Of a stretch of DNA of 64,000 nucleotides, positions 23,076-36,390 are shown one piece after another. Both the position numbers and the translations under genes were made by a program. Positions within the stretch are counted from its first letter, which is position 1. Each line of letters starts with the position of its first letter. The notes beneath the pieces were generated by a model. That model did no database searches, was not told the origin of the DNA, and saw only the letters and a program-made list of their open reading frames with translations. This stretch comes from Squalus acanthias (Eukaryota): positions 51,896,001 through 51,960,000 of the forward strand of contig CM059432.1 of the NCBI GenBank assembly GCA_030390025.1, read 5' to 3'.

Positions 23076-23376
23076 TAGTTACATAGCAATAGAGCAGAAT
23101 TTTCAAACTTGAATAGAAAATAAATTTGTCAGTTGGTTAAAATTAAAAAAGGACAGAATCTGGAATGCTTGCAGTTTTTCTCAGCATGTTCTTGGAAACA
23201 CTCTCCAGTAATAATTAATAGAACGATTCCTCACAGACCCCCTATAGGCATGTATTATCGCCAAGGGCAGTAGAGAACTCGAAGAGGGCTTTGGGTTATA
23301 AAAATGTTGTATCTTTGAAGTAAAAGCAAATATTTTGAAGAATTGTTCTTAACAAACCCACATCACAGTGAACCAT

Positions 23377-23850
23377 GGGGTAGAAATTGCACCTCGTAGC
23401 GAACATTTTGCATGTGTAAAACAGGCAAACGAGGTCCAATTTCAGGAAGCGATGTCCAACGCTCCAGGAACACCTGAAAAACATCCAACCTGCAATCGAG
23501 TTGGACCATTTTTCAGACATGTCTGGTGGCCGCCTAAAAATGGCGTTAGGTGCCTTAAATATGTAAATAACGTGCGTCGGGCCTGCCCCCGCTCAGAATT
23601 CTTAAGCAGCAGCCGTCAACTAAAGGTAAGGTTAGTTTTTTTTAATAAAAACTTACTGTGGAGCCAGAAGGAGCAGGAACACTCTCTCAACTCCACAGTT
23701 GTCGTGATTTCACCCTCCCCCTTCTCCTCTCCAACCCATCTCCCAGACTTACCTTCAGGCCATTCCAGCGAGGCAAGTGATCCAGCGTTCATTCTCCTCA
23801 AATGTGAGAGCTGCCCGTGGAAGTGCAACAGGCATCGGAATTTTGCGCAT
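23377..23850. mobile_element. Degraded Harbinger-type MITE
   Basis: Starts GGGGTAGAAATTG. Shares TGTGGAGCCAGRAGGAGCAGGA with about 58357. Right end unclear. Confidence 0.5.
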
Positions 23851-24050
23851 TAAATGTTAATGAGCTGATTCTAACTGTGCAGTTTTTTTAGTCGGCTGAG
23901 GCACCCACCAGAGGCAGGCAGGAGCCTCATGAATACATGCAAATCAGGGTTCAACATGCAATTAGGACACCAATGCCATTTTAATTCAAAATCTCAGCAG
24001 TCTGGCCCAGCACCCAACCTGCCAAAAAACCTAGTGTGATTGGTCACAGA

Positions 24051-25979
24051 GGGGGGAGTTTTTCGGGGGGTCAGCGGACGCCTTTCATGGCGGGTCGGGT
24101 GGGGGAAAAATATTTTTTGACAGCGGGCACGAAACCCGCTGTCAACCCGCTGCCATGCGTTGAGTATATTCAAGACAGAGATCAATAGATTTTTGGCTAT
24201 TCAGGGAATCAAGGGATATGGGATAGTGCAGGAAAGTGGAGATGAGGTAGAAGATCAGCCATGATCTTGTTGAATGGTGGAGCAGGCTCGAGGGGCCGAT
24301 TGGCCTACTCCTGCTCCTACTTCTTATGTTCTTATGCTAGTTTCCCAGATGTCGGGTCTGTCAACGCTGAACAGACCCAACACCAAGTGGCATGGGAGGC
24401 AATTTAGGTGATTAAGAGCTTGTTATCAGCCTGTTAAAGAGAATTTTGAGCTTAATTTAGCATTTTACGAAGTAGCCCACGGGTTCCATGCTGCTCGGGG
24501 ATCACGCCAGGTAAGGAGGTCGGGAGTTGTATCACCATGAAATGATCTCTTTACTTGACAGCTGCAAATGTGCTATAAAGCTCCCATCTCACAGCTGTTC
24601 ACTTTTCAAGCTTACTGCATTTGGAAGACAGATTGAGCTTTACGCAGGTTGCAAATGTTTGGTGTAAACTCTGTATCCAGTGTCACCTCATTGGAACAAC
24701 CTCTCTCACCACTGACAGATCGCTTCTGTCATTTCAAGTTCACCTGCCATCTATTACATCAGCATCGGTGCCCTTGAAACTATCTCACCTTGGTCCTCAG
24801 AATCCCACCACGATCAGCCCCAACACCAGCATCACCAGGAACACCAGCAACACCAACAACAACAACAACCTTCTCCACAATCAATTGGTGCTGCACAGGA
24901 CAGAGGGCATCAGCACCTGACCACATTGCTGCCTGGGATGCCAGGGATGGCATCACCTTGGCTAGATTTACTTCACTTGACGCTGTACACCCTGGCTGTC
25001 ACATGATGCACCAGGTTGGCACTACCCTACACCAACACCATAAAGCATCCCTACAATGCCCAAGCCACTCCTTTCACACTCATCACCATTACGGGGGGTG
25101 CTGTTATGTCTCACCATTTACTGCAACTCACTAAGCCACTTCCAAAGATGCACACAAATCTGTCCAAGAATGCAAAGTGTTGAAAATAAAGATTTCATTG
25201 TTTGACAGCACATTAACAGAAACTTCACATGAACATTGGCTAAAACACACAAGTGCCTACCCTTGTGTGTTGTTAGTTGTTATGATTGGACTAGGATGAG
25301 GGTGAGTGAGGGGTGGCTGGTGAGATGAGGAAGTGATAATGTAGAAAGAGAGGAATGGGTGGAGGTGCAAGGTAAGTGGTGTGAGTAAGGATGTGCAGGA
25401 GTAGGGTAGGGAAGCCAGAGTGATGGGGATGTAATGAGTGGCACAGCAGGATGAGGTTGAGTGTGGCTTTGCAATAACGTTTCGTGATCTACTGAGATCA
25501 TTGAAAGGTTCATGCCACTGCAGCCTGGTCCTCCTGACAACATCCCTGCTTGTGCCCTCCTGTGCAATGTGCAACCAGGCTGCGCTGATCTCCTGGGGAG
25601 GTTCTCTTCCGCCCATTGGAAGGGAAGAGAACCTCCCTGCGTGATGTGACTCCCTCCATGGGAGAGCCTGGGTGCAGCCGTGCACCTCTGTGCAGTGCTT
25701 GTTAGTGTTTGCAGCACCTCAATGCTATGGAACACTGACAGCACAACTGTCAAAATAAATTTACGCATGGTCCCTTTAAGGAAACCGGCTGATGACGTGT
25801 CATCAAATGATGTCATCAGACCCACTTCCTTCAATTGGCTGGCAAACGTGCTGGGCAAGCTTAACAAACCCAATCAATGTAAAATCACTTTGGACAGCGG
25901 GCTGCAGCCAGCAGAGAGGTTGGGACTCGCTGTCAACCCCAACAGCACCGAACCTGCCGAGGTCGGGGAAATCACGGCC
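24051..25979 (-). mobile_element. Non-autonomous Harbinger element carrying a Myb/SANT remnant (inverted relative of 40115-41877), interrupted by a CR1 tail
   Basis: Collinear reverse complement of 40115-41877. Terminus GGGAAATCACGGCC. Peptide AWLHIAQEGTSRDVVRRTRLQWHEPFNDLSRS. Confidence 0.85.
24159..24336 (+). mobile_element. CR1 3'-end fragment
   Basis: IFKTEINRFL..GIKGYG, 3' UTR and TTCTTATG tail. ATGC at both junctions. Confidence 0.9.
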
Positions 25980-26004
25980 CGAACCACTGAAGCAGTGAGA
26001 GAGC

Positions 26005-26120
26005 GGGAATATGGTATTGAGATAGAGGATCAGCCATGATCAGATTGAATGGCGGAGCAGGCTCGAAGGGCCGAATGTCCTACTCCTGTTCCTATTTTTC
26101 TATGTTCTATGTTTCTATGT
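26005..26120 (+). mobile_element. CR1 3' UTR/tail fragment
   Basis: GATCAGCCATGATC..GAATGGCGGAGCAGGCTCGAAGGGCCGAAT..(TTCTATGT)n. Confidence 0.88.
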
Positions 26121-26976
26121 TAAAGGGACACTCACCTGCCAGTTTGGAGTGCCAGGAGAGTTTTCAAATTACAGTTCGCTTCTTTCTCACATTTTGTGCC
26201 TTACCCTCGGTAATCTTTGTGCTTATCATGGGTACTATTAGTGCCACTTTCATTTGGCTGGAGGAACATTTTGAGGAAGAGGAGCAGCAACAGCAGTTGC
26301 AGCTGGACCTACTACATGACAGCAGGTGGGAGGTGGGTGCATGTAGGAGGTCATACCCAAGACACTGATTGTACAGGCCGAGAGTCAGTTTCTGTATCTA
26401 TCTGAAGAGCAGTACATCAGGAGGCTGTGCTTCTCAAAGTAGGATGTTGCAAACCTCTGCAGCCTCCTGCAACCGGAGCTTCTGTCTGCTGGACCAGGGA
26501 CCCGTAGGATTGGTCCCCGGCAGTCAGATCTGGAGAAGATCATCAATCAGGGGTGGGGGGGGGGGGGCGGTGCGGTTTCAGTGCGATTGGGGGGCGGGGG
26601 ACAGGGCTGGAGTTGTCCAAGGACTCCTTGTGGGATCTAGGGGGTGCACTCCTGCTCCTCCTGGACCACAAGGAGTTCAAACAAAACATTTCTCAAGCTA
26701 ACCTTGGCCTCTTCTGGCCAGTTGACTCCTCCTGTCGTGGTTGACAGTGCGGGAATGCCCCCTGGCTTGACGTTAATATTACGTCGCGCGCCAATTACGT
26801 CAACAACCTGCGACTCTTGCATGTTAAGTAGGCCCATGCCTACCTTTAGTGGGAGCCACATCGATGGCTTGAATCACAGCCATTAATATTACGGCGTCTG
26901 GAGGCGATTTTCAAGATTTTAACCCCTCGCCCGACTCTTTCCTGCCCATCGAGGGAGGGAGTTAAAATCGAGGCCT
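26121..26976 (+). mobile_element. Harbinger-derived element with transposase N-terminal remnant
   Basis: Across frameshifts reads RRSYPRH..LYRPRVSF..LSEEQYIRRLCFSK, resembling the N-terminus of HARBI1-type transposases. Ends TTAAAATCGAGGCC. Confidence 0.6.
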
Positions 26977-26979
26977 CTG

Positions 26980-27380
26980 ACTACATTGAGGCCAGGTCCT
27001 GGGGGTGATGCTGTTGGGACTGACCCTGTCAGCCACCTCTGTCCAGGCCTGCAAAAGTGTGGTGCTGGGGATGCTCCTGCAGGTGGTGGGGACGAGTAGC
27101 TCCTTCCTTGCTTTGACCTCCATGCGGACCATCAAGGAGGCATCAGAAAATCTGGGGGTAACCTTGTGACTGCAAAGTTAATTCTCTCCACACTGTTAAA
27201 AAGAAATCTAGCATCAAGGATTACAACCTTACTTTCAGAGGTCCATTAAATAGGGCCTCAGGAAGCCCACCAAAAATTGCACCGCAAAAATGGGTGGGCT
27301 GCCCGTTTCCTGACATGAGAGTGAGCGGACAGCCCGTCAATCATATTAAAATGAGGCCCGTGTGTTAAAATTGCCCAGTC
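26980..27380 (-). mobile_element. Harbinger Myb/SANT gene remnant
   Basis: Minus strand at about 27090-27160 reads PRFSDASLMVRMEVKARKELL, similar to the start of the Myb remnant at about 40410. Confidence 0.5.
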
Positions 27381-28721
27381 TTCATGCTGGCGATGTCATG
27401 GGGGCTTCTGTTCCCATTGCAGTGGTGCTCTGAATTGGTCCATTTTTGGTCTTTTCACACAAGCCTCAAGTGGCTGACTCAGATTACTTCAGATCCAGTT
27501 TTGCTTTGCACTCTTCCGTAATGACTAGACTATGTGCTCATATATAACACATTGCCGATAATCAGGAACAGCCTTAGTAATTTCAATATTGTTCAAAGGA
27601 ACATTTAAATGAACGTAAAGGTAAGCTCACCAGAGATGTTTCCATCAAGGGACTAGAGACGTTTCCACTAGAAATGTTTCCATCGATGGGACTTCCTAAT
27701 CACAAAAATGCAACCACCTTTGACAAAACAAATGGAGCAACCTTAGTTTATGGGAAGGTTTGCATTCAATACTACTACTGAAAGAACTGATAAATACTAA
27801 TGCATTTTGCAATAACCCTGCCATCTGTTTTTCATGTGTATAATTAGTCTCACAGTTGTCAATTATTTGTTGCACTGCTGCTGTGAGCTACCTGCTTCCA
27901 GCGAAGCAAGCTGACAACAATTTCTCTTTGCTATTGTTCCTTAGTGTTACTAAGTACAATAGGAAAATGGAAGTCTGCCCCACACGTCCACTATACTCAT
28001 TTTTGTCCACCCCAGTCCAACACCGGCATCTCCGCATCATGACCACTATACTGTGGGGGAGGGAGCTTTTCCAAGCAATAATCTTGTGAATTTTGTACTT
28101 GTGTTCTCTAGTCCTACGCTCAAGTTAAATAGCTCGTTTAATTCAATCTCATCGATACTTTTCAGACAAGATGCTGAGCAGTGGAGGTGTACCGACTCCT
28201 CATGGCCATATGTGGTCCCTACCGATTGGGTGCAGACCAGGCAAGCAGACGTGACCCCCCCAAAGACCTTTCAATTTACTTTTAACAATTGCAAATCAGT
28301 CACATTTTTCAGTGGGCTGAAGTTAATATGGCTGGGGTTGGGAAGGCTGGGCAACCTTCACCCCCACACTCCCTCTTGGCAGGAAGGAGCCAATTAATGA
28401 GCAAGCAGGTATTGGAGATGTGCCTGAATTGGTGGGTTAAACTCGCTTGGCCCATGCAGTTGAGGTGCATGCTGGCTCTGCAAAGTCCAGCAGGGTGAAT
28501 GCTGGGAAGGACTGTTGGGTGCAATCCCAGGATAACGTCCTGGTTCACAACCAAAGAAATCTGGGAGCCATTATGTAGATATTTGCTAAACCTTGTTTTG
28601 TCAATGCTATTTTTAATCTACTGTATTTTTTGATACATTTGAAGTTTTTAAGAGAGTTATGGGACAAAGGTATCCGTATAGTTTGATACTGGATGATTGC
28701 TTGGCACTGTGCAAGTTGTTT

Positions 28722-28982
28722 TTATTCATTCATGGGATGTTGGCATTACTGACAAGGCCAGCAACATTTATTGCCCATCCCTAATTGCCCTTGAGAAGGT
28801 GGTGGTGAGCCGCCTTCTTGAACCGCTGCAGTCCGTGTGGTGAAGGTACTCCCACAGTGCTGTTAGGGAGGGAGTTCCAGGATTTTGACCCAGCAACGAT
28901 GGAGGAACAGCGATATATTTCCAAGTCAGGATGGTGTGTGACTTGGAGGTGGTGGTGTTCCCATGTGCCTGCTGCCCTTGTC
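28722..28982 (-). mobile_element. 3' end of second-family LINE (continues at about 31466)
   Basis: Reverse complement matches 16110-16340 (SKSWNSLPNSTVGVPSPHGLQRFKKAAHHHLLKGN). Confidence 0.85.
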
Positions 28983-31340
28983 AATCGCAGATAAGGCCAT
29001 CTCTGACCACTTCCTCGTATCGCTCTCCACCCACATCACCCTTCCACAGACCCCCGCTCCCCCCAACCCTACTTCATTCTGTGTCCGCCCTGGAAAAAAC
29101 TCTCTCCCAACTCTCTTACAACTGCACTTATGAAATCCCCACTGTCCAGCCTTTGGTCCTCCATTCACCATGATATTTCTACAGCTACCGATCTGCTCAA
29201 CCACACCCTCACCACCTCCTTTGATGCCCTAGTCCCTATTAAAACAATTATCCTCTCTCAACCTGGCCATTCCCCCTGGTATGGCCCTCATCTTCGCTTC
29301 CTTAAGTCCAAGGGACGCAGACTAGAACGGATATGGCGGACAACTGGTTTAGCCATTCACCGCCAGATCTGATAAAACATTATCGGGCCCTGCTCTTGTC
29401 TGCCAAAATTGCTCACTATTCCAGTATCATTCTGGAATGCAAAGATAAACCCCAGGCTCCTATTCTCTACTGCTAACGATCTTCTTAAACCCTTCTCCCC
29501 TGTCTCCTCCACCCTCACCTCCGACAACAAGTGTGAGGAACTCATGGACTTCTTTGTCTCTAAGATTGAGACCATTCATTCAGCTGCCTCTGCCACTTCC
29601 CTTTCTTCCCCTAGCCCACCGGGCCAAACTTCCTCTAAGGTTCCTCCCTGCTCTAGCCCTGAACTCACAACTTTCTCCAGTTTCTCTCCGATCTCCCCTC
29701 ATGACCTCTCCGTGCTCATCTTGTCCATGAGACCTATTTCCTGCTCCCTCGACCCTATTCCTACCAAACTGCTGACCACCCAACTTCCTTTTCTGGCTCC
29801 CATGTTAGCTGATATTGTTAATGGTTCTCTCTCCTCAGGTACTGTCCCCCTCTCCCTCAAATTTGTCATCATCACCCTCTCCTCATAAAAACAACCCTTG
29901 ATCCCTCCATCCTTGCAAACTACCGCCCCATCTCCAACCTCCCTTTCCTCTCCAAAGTCCTTGAACATGTTGTCGCCTCCCAAATCCGTGCCCATCTTTC
30001 CCGCAATTCCATGTTTGAATCCCTCCAATCAGGTCTCTGCCCTTGCCACAGTACCAAAACGGCTCTCATCAAAGTCACAAATGACATCCTTTGTGACTGT
30101 AACAAAGGTAAACTGTCCCTCCTCGTCCTTCTTGACCTGTCTGCAGCTTTTGACACGATTGACCACTACATCCTTCTCCAACGCCTCTCCACCGTCATCC
30201 AGCTGGGTGGGACTGCACTCGCCTGGTTCCATTCTTATCTATCTAATCGTAGCCAGAGAATCACCTGCAACAGCTTCTCTTCCCGCTCCCGCATCGTTAC
30301 TTCTGGTGTTCCCAAAGGATCTATCCTTGGCCCCCTCCTATTTCTCATCTACATGTTGCCCCTTGGCGACATCATCTGAAAACACAGCGTCAGTTTCCAC
30401 ATGTACGCTGACGACACCCAGCTCTACCTCACTACCACTTCTCTTGACCCCTCCACAGTCTCTAAATTGTCAGACTGCTTGTCCGACATCCAGTTCTGGA
30501 TGAGCAGAAATTTTCTCCAATTAAATATTGGGAAAACCGAAGCCATTGTTTTCAGTCCCCGCCACAAACTCTGTTTCCCTAGCCACTGACTCCATCCCTC
30601 TCCCTAACATCTGTCTGAGGCTGAACCACACTGTTCACAGCCTTGGTGTCATATTTGACCCTGAAATGAGCTTCCAACCACAATCCGCTGCATAACTAAG
30701 ACTGCCTATTTCCACCTCCGTAACATTGCCCATCTCCGCCCTTGCCTCAGCTCATCCGCTGCTGAAACCCTCATCCATGCCTTTGTTACCTCTAGACTTG
30801 ACTATTCCAACGCACTCCTGGCTGGCCTCCCACATTCTACCCCACGTAAACTTGAGGTGATCCAAAACTTGGCTGCCCGTGTCCTAACTCGCACCAAGTC
30901 CCGTTCGCCCATCACCCCTGTGCTCGCTGACCTACATTGGCTCCCAGTTAAGCAGCGCCTCGATTTCAAAATTCTCATCCTTGTTTTCAAATCCCTCCAT
31001 GGCCTCGCCCCTCCCTATCTCTGTAATCTCCTCCAGCCCCACAACCCCCCGAGATATCTGCGCTCCTCTAATTCTGCCCTCTTGAGCATCGCTGATTATA
31101 ATCGCTCAACCTTTGGTGGCCGTGCCTTCTGTTGCCTTGGCCCTAAGCTCTGGAATTCCCTGCCTAAAACTCTCCGCCTTGCTAACTCCCTTTCCTCTTC
31201 GACTAAGCTTTTGGTCACCTGCCCTAATTTCTCCTTATGTGGCTCAGTGTCAAATTTTTTGTCTTTTAATACTCCTGTGAAGCACCTTGGGACATTTTAT
31301 TACATTAAAGGCGCTATATAAATATAAGTTGTTGTTGTTT
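28983..31340 (+). mobile_element. 5'-truncated L2 LINE (ORF2 pseudogene) inserted in the second-family LINE
   Basis: LDPIPT, NYRPISNL, LDLSAAFDT, GVPKGSILGP, YADDTQLY and LHWLPV motifs. Tail AAAGGCGCTATATAAAT(GTT)n. Confidence 0.93.
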
Positions 31341-31344
31341 CCAA

Positions 31345-31452
31345 CAGAAAGACTTGCATTTATATAGCACCCTTCACGACCAACCGGACATCTCAAGGCG
31401 CTTTACAGCCAATTAAGTACTTTTGGAGTGTAGTCCCTGTTGTAATGTGAGA
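31345..31452 (-). mobile_element. Deu-type SINE 3' tail fragment
   Basis: AGACTTGCATTTATATAGC...CTTTACAGCCAAT matches the reverse complement of 38020-38125. Confidence 0.75.
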
Positions 31453-31465
31453 AGGTAATTGAAGG

Positions 31466-32350
31466 TCTAGGTGGTAGAGGTCACGGGTTTGGGAGGTGCT
31501 GTCAAAGAAGCCTTGGCGAGTTGCTGCAGTGTTGGAGGGAGTGAGTGTTTAAGGTGGTGGATAGGGTGCCAATCAAGCAGGCTGCTTTGTCCTGGATGGT
31601 GTCGAGCTTCTTGAGTGTTGTTGGAGCTGCACTCATCCAGGCAAGTGGAGAGTATTTCATCACACCCCTGACTTGTGCCTTGTGGATGGTGGAGAGGCTT
31701 TGGGGAGTCAGGAGGTTAGACACTCACCACAGAACACCCAGCCTCTGACCTGCTCTTGTAGCCACAGTATTTATGTGGCTGGTCCAGTTAAGTTTCTGGT
31801 CAATGGTGACACCCCCCCCCAGGTTGTTGATGATAGGGATTCAACGATGGTGATGCTGTTGAATGTCAAGGGGCAGTGGTTAGACTCTCGCTTGTTGGAG
31901 ATAGTCATTGCCTGGCACTTGTGTGGCGCAAATGTTACTTGCCACTCATCAACCCAAGCCACTCATCGTCCAGGTCTTGCTGCATGCGGGCACTGACTGC
32001 TTCATTATCTGAGGAGTTGTGAATGGAACTGAACACTGTGCAGTCGTCAGTGAATATCCCCACTTCTGACCCTATGGTGGTGGGAAGGTCATTGATGAAG
32101 CAGCTGAAGATGGTTGGCCCTAGGATACTGCCCTGAGGAACTCCTGCAGTGATGTCCTGGGGCTGAGATGATTGGCCTCCAACAACCACAACCATTCTTG
32201 TGATGTTGTTCATCCACTCGACACTTCTTGCTGAAGATGGTTGCAAACACTTCAGCCTTGTCTTTTGCTCTGCCATCATTGAGGATGGGGATGTTCATGG
32301 AGCCACCTTCTCCTGTTAGTTGTTTAATTGTCCACCACCATTCACGATTG
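31466..32350 (-). mobile_element. Second-family LINE RT region (degraded, internally deleted)
   Basis: GVPQGSILGPTIFSCFINDLP, FTDD, WQVTFAPHKCQ and YSPLAWM motifs. Confidence 0.85.
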
Positions 32351-33769
32351 ATGCTGTACATATTTTTGGCTATTATAAAAGAATTTTTATAACAGCTAAA
32401 GCAAGATCTGCTGTTGATGGTATAGACCCACTGAATCATGCCCCTCAACTGACTGCACTCCTTCCTAGGCACAACTTCACACTGCATTTTGATGTCATTT
32501 CCTGGAACTATTTGTTGTATTCCATAACATCTTATCACAATCCAATTGCTGGAACTATTTTACCGTCAAGAATTTCTTTGACAAGTATTCAATACAAAAT
32601 TATTTCCCGAATTCACAGAGCACATCATGGCTCTATAGGATAGGCGTACCAGGAGATGAACATGCTGCAGGTTTAGAGTGGAAATGGGAATGCTGACATG
32701 CCAGCTCCAAGATTGAAAGGTACTGGAAGGAGTGAAGGAGAACATTTTTGCTAAGCTTCTCTATCATAATGACAGTGACCCCATTCTTCAGTGTAAGATC
32801 TATCTGATACTGGCACTATTGAGTTTAATCAAGAGCGCCAGTCTCTTGCATTGGAAAAAGAGAGATTCAGAGGGTGGAGTCACATGATGTGCAGGTTGGT
32901 CATGTTGGCACAGAGCTCCTCAATTTTTCCCTAATAGAATGAACCAAATAGCTGTTATTGGCTGGAGTCCAGAACAGTTTCTTTTACTCTATATTGTTTC
33001 TTTAAATAACACCTAGACAGTTAAGTGTTTACTTTTAGCTATTTTCCATTATGCCAAAATCCAGTATAGTTTTTAGAACAGAGTGCAAGCTTCAAATGAT
33101 CTGGGACTCATAACTATCATTAAAATGATCCTTTATTTTTAGGTATGGCTCCTACTATAACATTAAGCACCTTGTTAAGTCAATCCAATTTGCCTTGTTC
33201 TGCTCCAAGTCATTACACATGCAAATTATCAGGTTAAAAGTATTTATTTGTCCCTGTGCCATGCACCAAGAGGATGAGCAGGCAGCTCACTCTTACAGTA
33301 ATGCCAAACCCATCGTCTCTTAAATCTCTTAAAAATCATGAGATTTGGTAAGAAATTATGAGTTGCTATTTTTTCAAACATAAACCAATATACAGTTGGT
33401 TTATAAACCTCATTAGTGGCTTTATTTAATCTCGAACAGGTCACAGCTCTTTACAAAACTATATCACAGTATCTGAAAATGCTTTACAAAAAACTTTTTA
33501 AAAATCCTACCCGTTATCACCATGCTGCCATGCATCTCAGTTTAAGGTTATGATGACTAACATAAATTAGTTATACAATTAAGCATATATATTTATGGCG
33601 TGGGTAGCTTGGGCAACCTGCCAGCAGGAAGAGGCAAGCATTCCGCCCACTGCCCACGTGTTTGATGCCTGATGTTAAAATCAAGCCTCAACTCTCCTGT
33701 GAACCAAAACCAAAACCTACGCTACTATACATGCTGTGTCTGAGATAGTCCAGAAGTAACAATATGGTT

Positions 33770-34400
33770 TATCATTGTTTTTGGCCACCACCATAAACTC
33801 TAGTCCTTGTCACTGACTCCATCCTCCTCCCCAGCCACTCATTCGGTCCGAAACCTTGACCTCTGTTTGATCCAGAGCTGAGCTCCAAACACCACATCCT
33901 ACCTATCACCACAACTTCTGGTTTCCATCTCTGCCTGTTTCTGCTCCGACCTCAACTCCTGCACTGCTGGAACCCTTTATCCATGCTTTTGTCACCTACA
34001 GAATATTTTTCCCCAATCCCCTCTTTCTGGCTCTGACTCTCCATAATTTCTGACTTGTCCAAAACTTAGCCACTCTTATTCTTTTCTGCACTCAGTCCTG
34101 TTCACCCATTATCCCCATTTTCACAAACTAGCTATGGCTGTGTGTCCCCCAACACTTTTTAAATTTAGAATCTTTGTCGGTATCTTCAAATCCCTTCACA
34201 ACCTCAACCCAACTTTCTGCAACCTCCTCCAGTTTTATACCCCTTCCTGCATCCTTTAGTCTTTTGACTCTGGCATTCCCAGTCCCCTCGCCTCACCATT
34301 TGTGGCAGAACCTTTAGCTGCCTTGTCTCTTTCTCTGGAATTCCCACTCTAAACCCCCCCACCTCTTGCTTCTCTCCCCACTTTGAGAAACCAGCTCAAT
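33770..34400 (+). mobile_element. Highly degraded L2 3' fragment
   Basis: Collinear with 30545-31180 (ATCCATGCTTTTGTCACCT, TTCAAATCCCT, CTCTGGAATTCCC). Confidence 0.7.
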
Positions 34401-34699
34401 ACACTGTGCAATTTCAGCCAAAATAAAGTGAAGACAACTTAAGCAAATTAATGTCTGATACCTTTGAACTGAGAGATTCCACATTAGAATGTTTCAATAC
34501 AATATTTCTTATATAACTGTGGCGTTTGTGCAGGATTTAGTGTTCATATTTCCCACACCTACCTTCATAAATTGTTTTCCCCCTTTTGCTACAACTCCTC
34601 TCACAGCTTAGTTTCTGGATTTCACACACGGATTAAAGGAAGCCTTCTGTTGCACAACTCGTAGTATTGTAGCAGTTAGCCCCGCCCCCTCCCCCCAGA

Positions 34700-34969
34700 T
34701 CATCCTGCAGTGCGCATCAGTCAGTGTCTTACTGGCACGGTCACGCCTCCTTTATGCTTTGCGGGCGGAGGGTCTCCAAAAAGCGGAACTATCCGCCCGC
34801 AGAGGCCCTTCTCCAGGGCAGCCGGAGGATCTGTCAAGCCCATTCTTGACAGATCGGAAATGCCGGTTTTCAGCGCATGCGCTGTGCATGCCTGAAACTG
34901 GCATTTCCGATGTCCCTACGGGTGGGTACACAGCACGTACCCACCCGTAGGGATCGGATTATCTGGGCC
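34700..34969 (-). mobile_element. Terminal part of a family-B-related MITE with three tandem hairpins
   Basis: Ends ATTATCTGGGCC. Architecture matches the left end of 12997-13760. Confidence 0.7.
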
Positions 34970-35249
34970 ATTATATTTTAATCCTGAAAATTAATATTGA
35001 ATATATGGCTGGGAATCTCTTTCTGAAGTTCAGCAACATTAGTTGTAGGAGATATAAAACATTGTTAGACCTTTACTGAGTATCAAAACAGCAAGCTGTA
35101 TACATAGGGACAAATAAATTGTGAGTTTGGATGAAAAAATATAACAAAATGCTGATATATGAAATTAGTCCAAGTACCAGTTTAATTAAATATTTTAAAA
35201 GTTTTAAAAAGTTTTAAGAATGTAATTTCAATGGAAGAGACTGAGAGAA

Positions 35250-35468
35250 GTTTCTGTGGGCGTGGCTTAGTTTTGACAGCTTTTGTGGGCGTGTCTTCCC
35301 TTACGCATAGGCTGTACGCTGCGCTGCTGGTCTTCGTGATGTTATACGCTGCGCACAACTCTGCAGCGCTGAAGAGGAATTCTGGGCCTCGCACAAGGTA
35401 AGTACGTATTCTTTTCGTAGGTTGGTGACGTATTCCGTAGCTATGCCGCCGACCGCAATTTTGGGGCC
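35250..35468. mobile_element. Partial CpG-rich Harbinger-type MITE
   Basis: Ends CAATTTTGGGGCC, has repeated TACGC motifs and AAGGTAAGT. Confidence 0.5.
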
Positions 35469-35526
35469 ATAATTCAACACCATTCACCATTCATTGTTAT
35501 TAATTTTATCTTATTTTTCTAATGTG

Positions 35527-36390
35527 GCTATCCTGATGGCTTAGTGGGCAAATTCCCCGATTGAACCTGTGGCATAATCACTTATAGTATGGTGGAGCTG
35601 AATAGCATGCTTATGAATAAACAGCATGTGGTATTGAGTCATACAGATCAGGAAGATCCTGATTAAACCCTAGTCAATGCTGAGATAGCTTGTATCAACT
35701 AGGGCTTCTGCAAGGGGGCTACCGCTAACCTCTGTGTCTTTGGGCTACAGAGCAGAAAATTCAGCCAGTGTTCTGACTCCTGATCACTGTCCAATGACGC
35801 TTGCTAAAATGTGAACATTAGGAAATATGAAATAACAACAGAAAGCGCTGGAAAAACTCAGCAGGCCAGGCAACATCCATGGAGAGAGAAACAGAGTTAA
35901 CGTTTCAGGTCGAAGACCCTTCGTCAAAACTGAGAAAAAAGCAGGAAATGAAACAGATGAAAAAGCAAGTTGGAGGCTGGGGGAAGGAATAAAAGAACAA
36001 AAGGGAGAAGTAGAGACATTAAGAGATGCTCAAGACGAGACGAGATGGTAATAGGACAGGTTAAGAAACAAAAGAGGGCTCAGAAGTGTGAAATGCGCTG
36101 GCAGAATGAAAGACAGCTGCCGTGTGGGAGAGAGAAAAAAAAGGAAAAAGGCACAAACCAAAAGTGTGGATAAAAAAATATATATATATATATGGTAGGG
36201 GGCTGAGGTTATGATCTGAAATTGTTGAACTCAATATTGAGTCCGGAAGGCTGTAAAGTGCCTAATCGGAAGATGAGGTGCTGTTCCTCAAGGAAATAGG
36301 AATCAGATCGGGCTTGGCTATGATATCCCTCAATGTCAAATAACCTGTTGACAATTACTGTTGAGGCTCACACATGAAAATTAGCCACTA
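35527..36390 (+). mobile_element. tRNA-derived SINE-like repeat interrupted by a Penelope fragment; other copies at about 54755-55065 and 56960-57215
   Basis: Shared blocks CCTGATCAYTRTCCARTGA and GCTCACACATG(TG)AA between the copies. Confidence 0.55.
35832..36290 (-). mobile_element. Penelope-like element 3' fragment (ORF C-terminus plus hammerhead-like motif)
   Basis: Minus strand encodes EEQHLIFRLGTLQPSGLNIEFNNFRS*, followed by TTGACGAAGGGTC-TTC-GACCTGAAACGTT. Near-perfect 12-bp flanking repeat AGGAAATA(T/G)GAA. Confidence 0.82.

Noticed and set aside
28005..28042. Short Penelope-like terminal sequence (GTCCACCCCAGTCCAACACCGGCATCTCC)
   Set aside because: Too short to annotate confidently, and no flanking duplication is seen.
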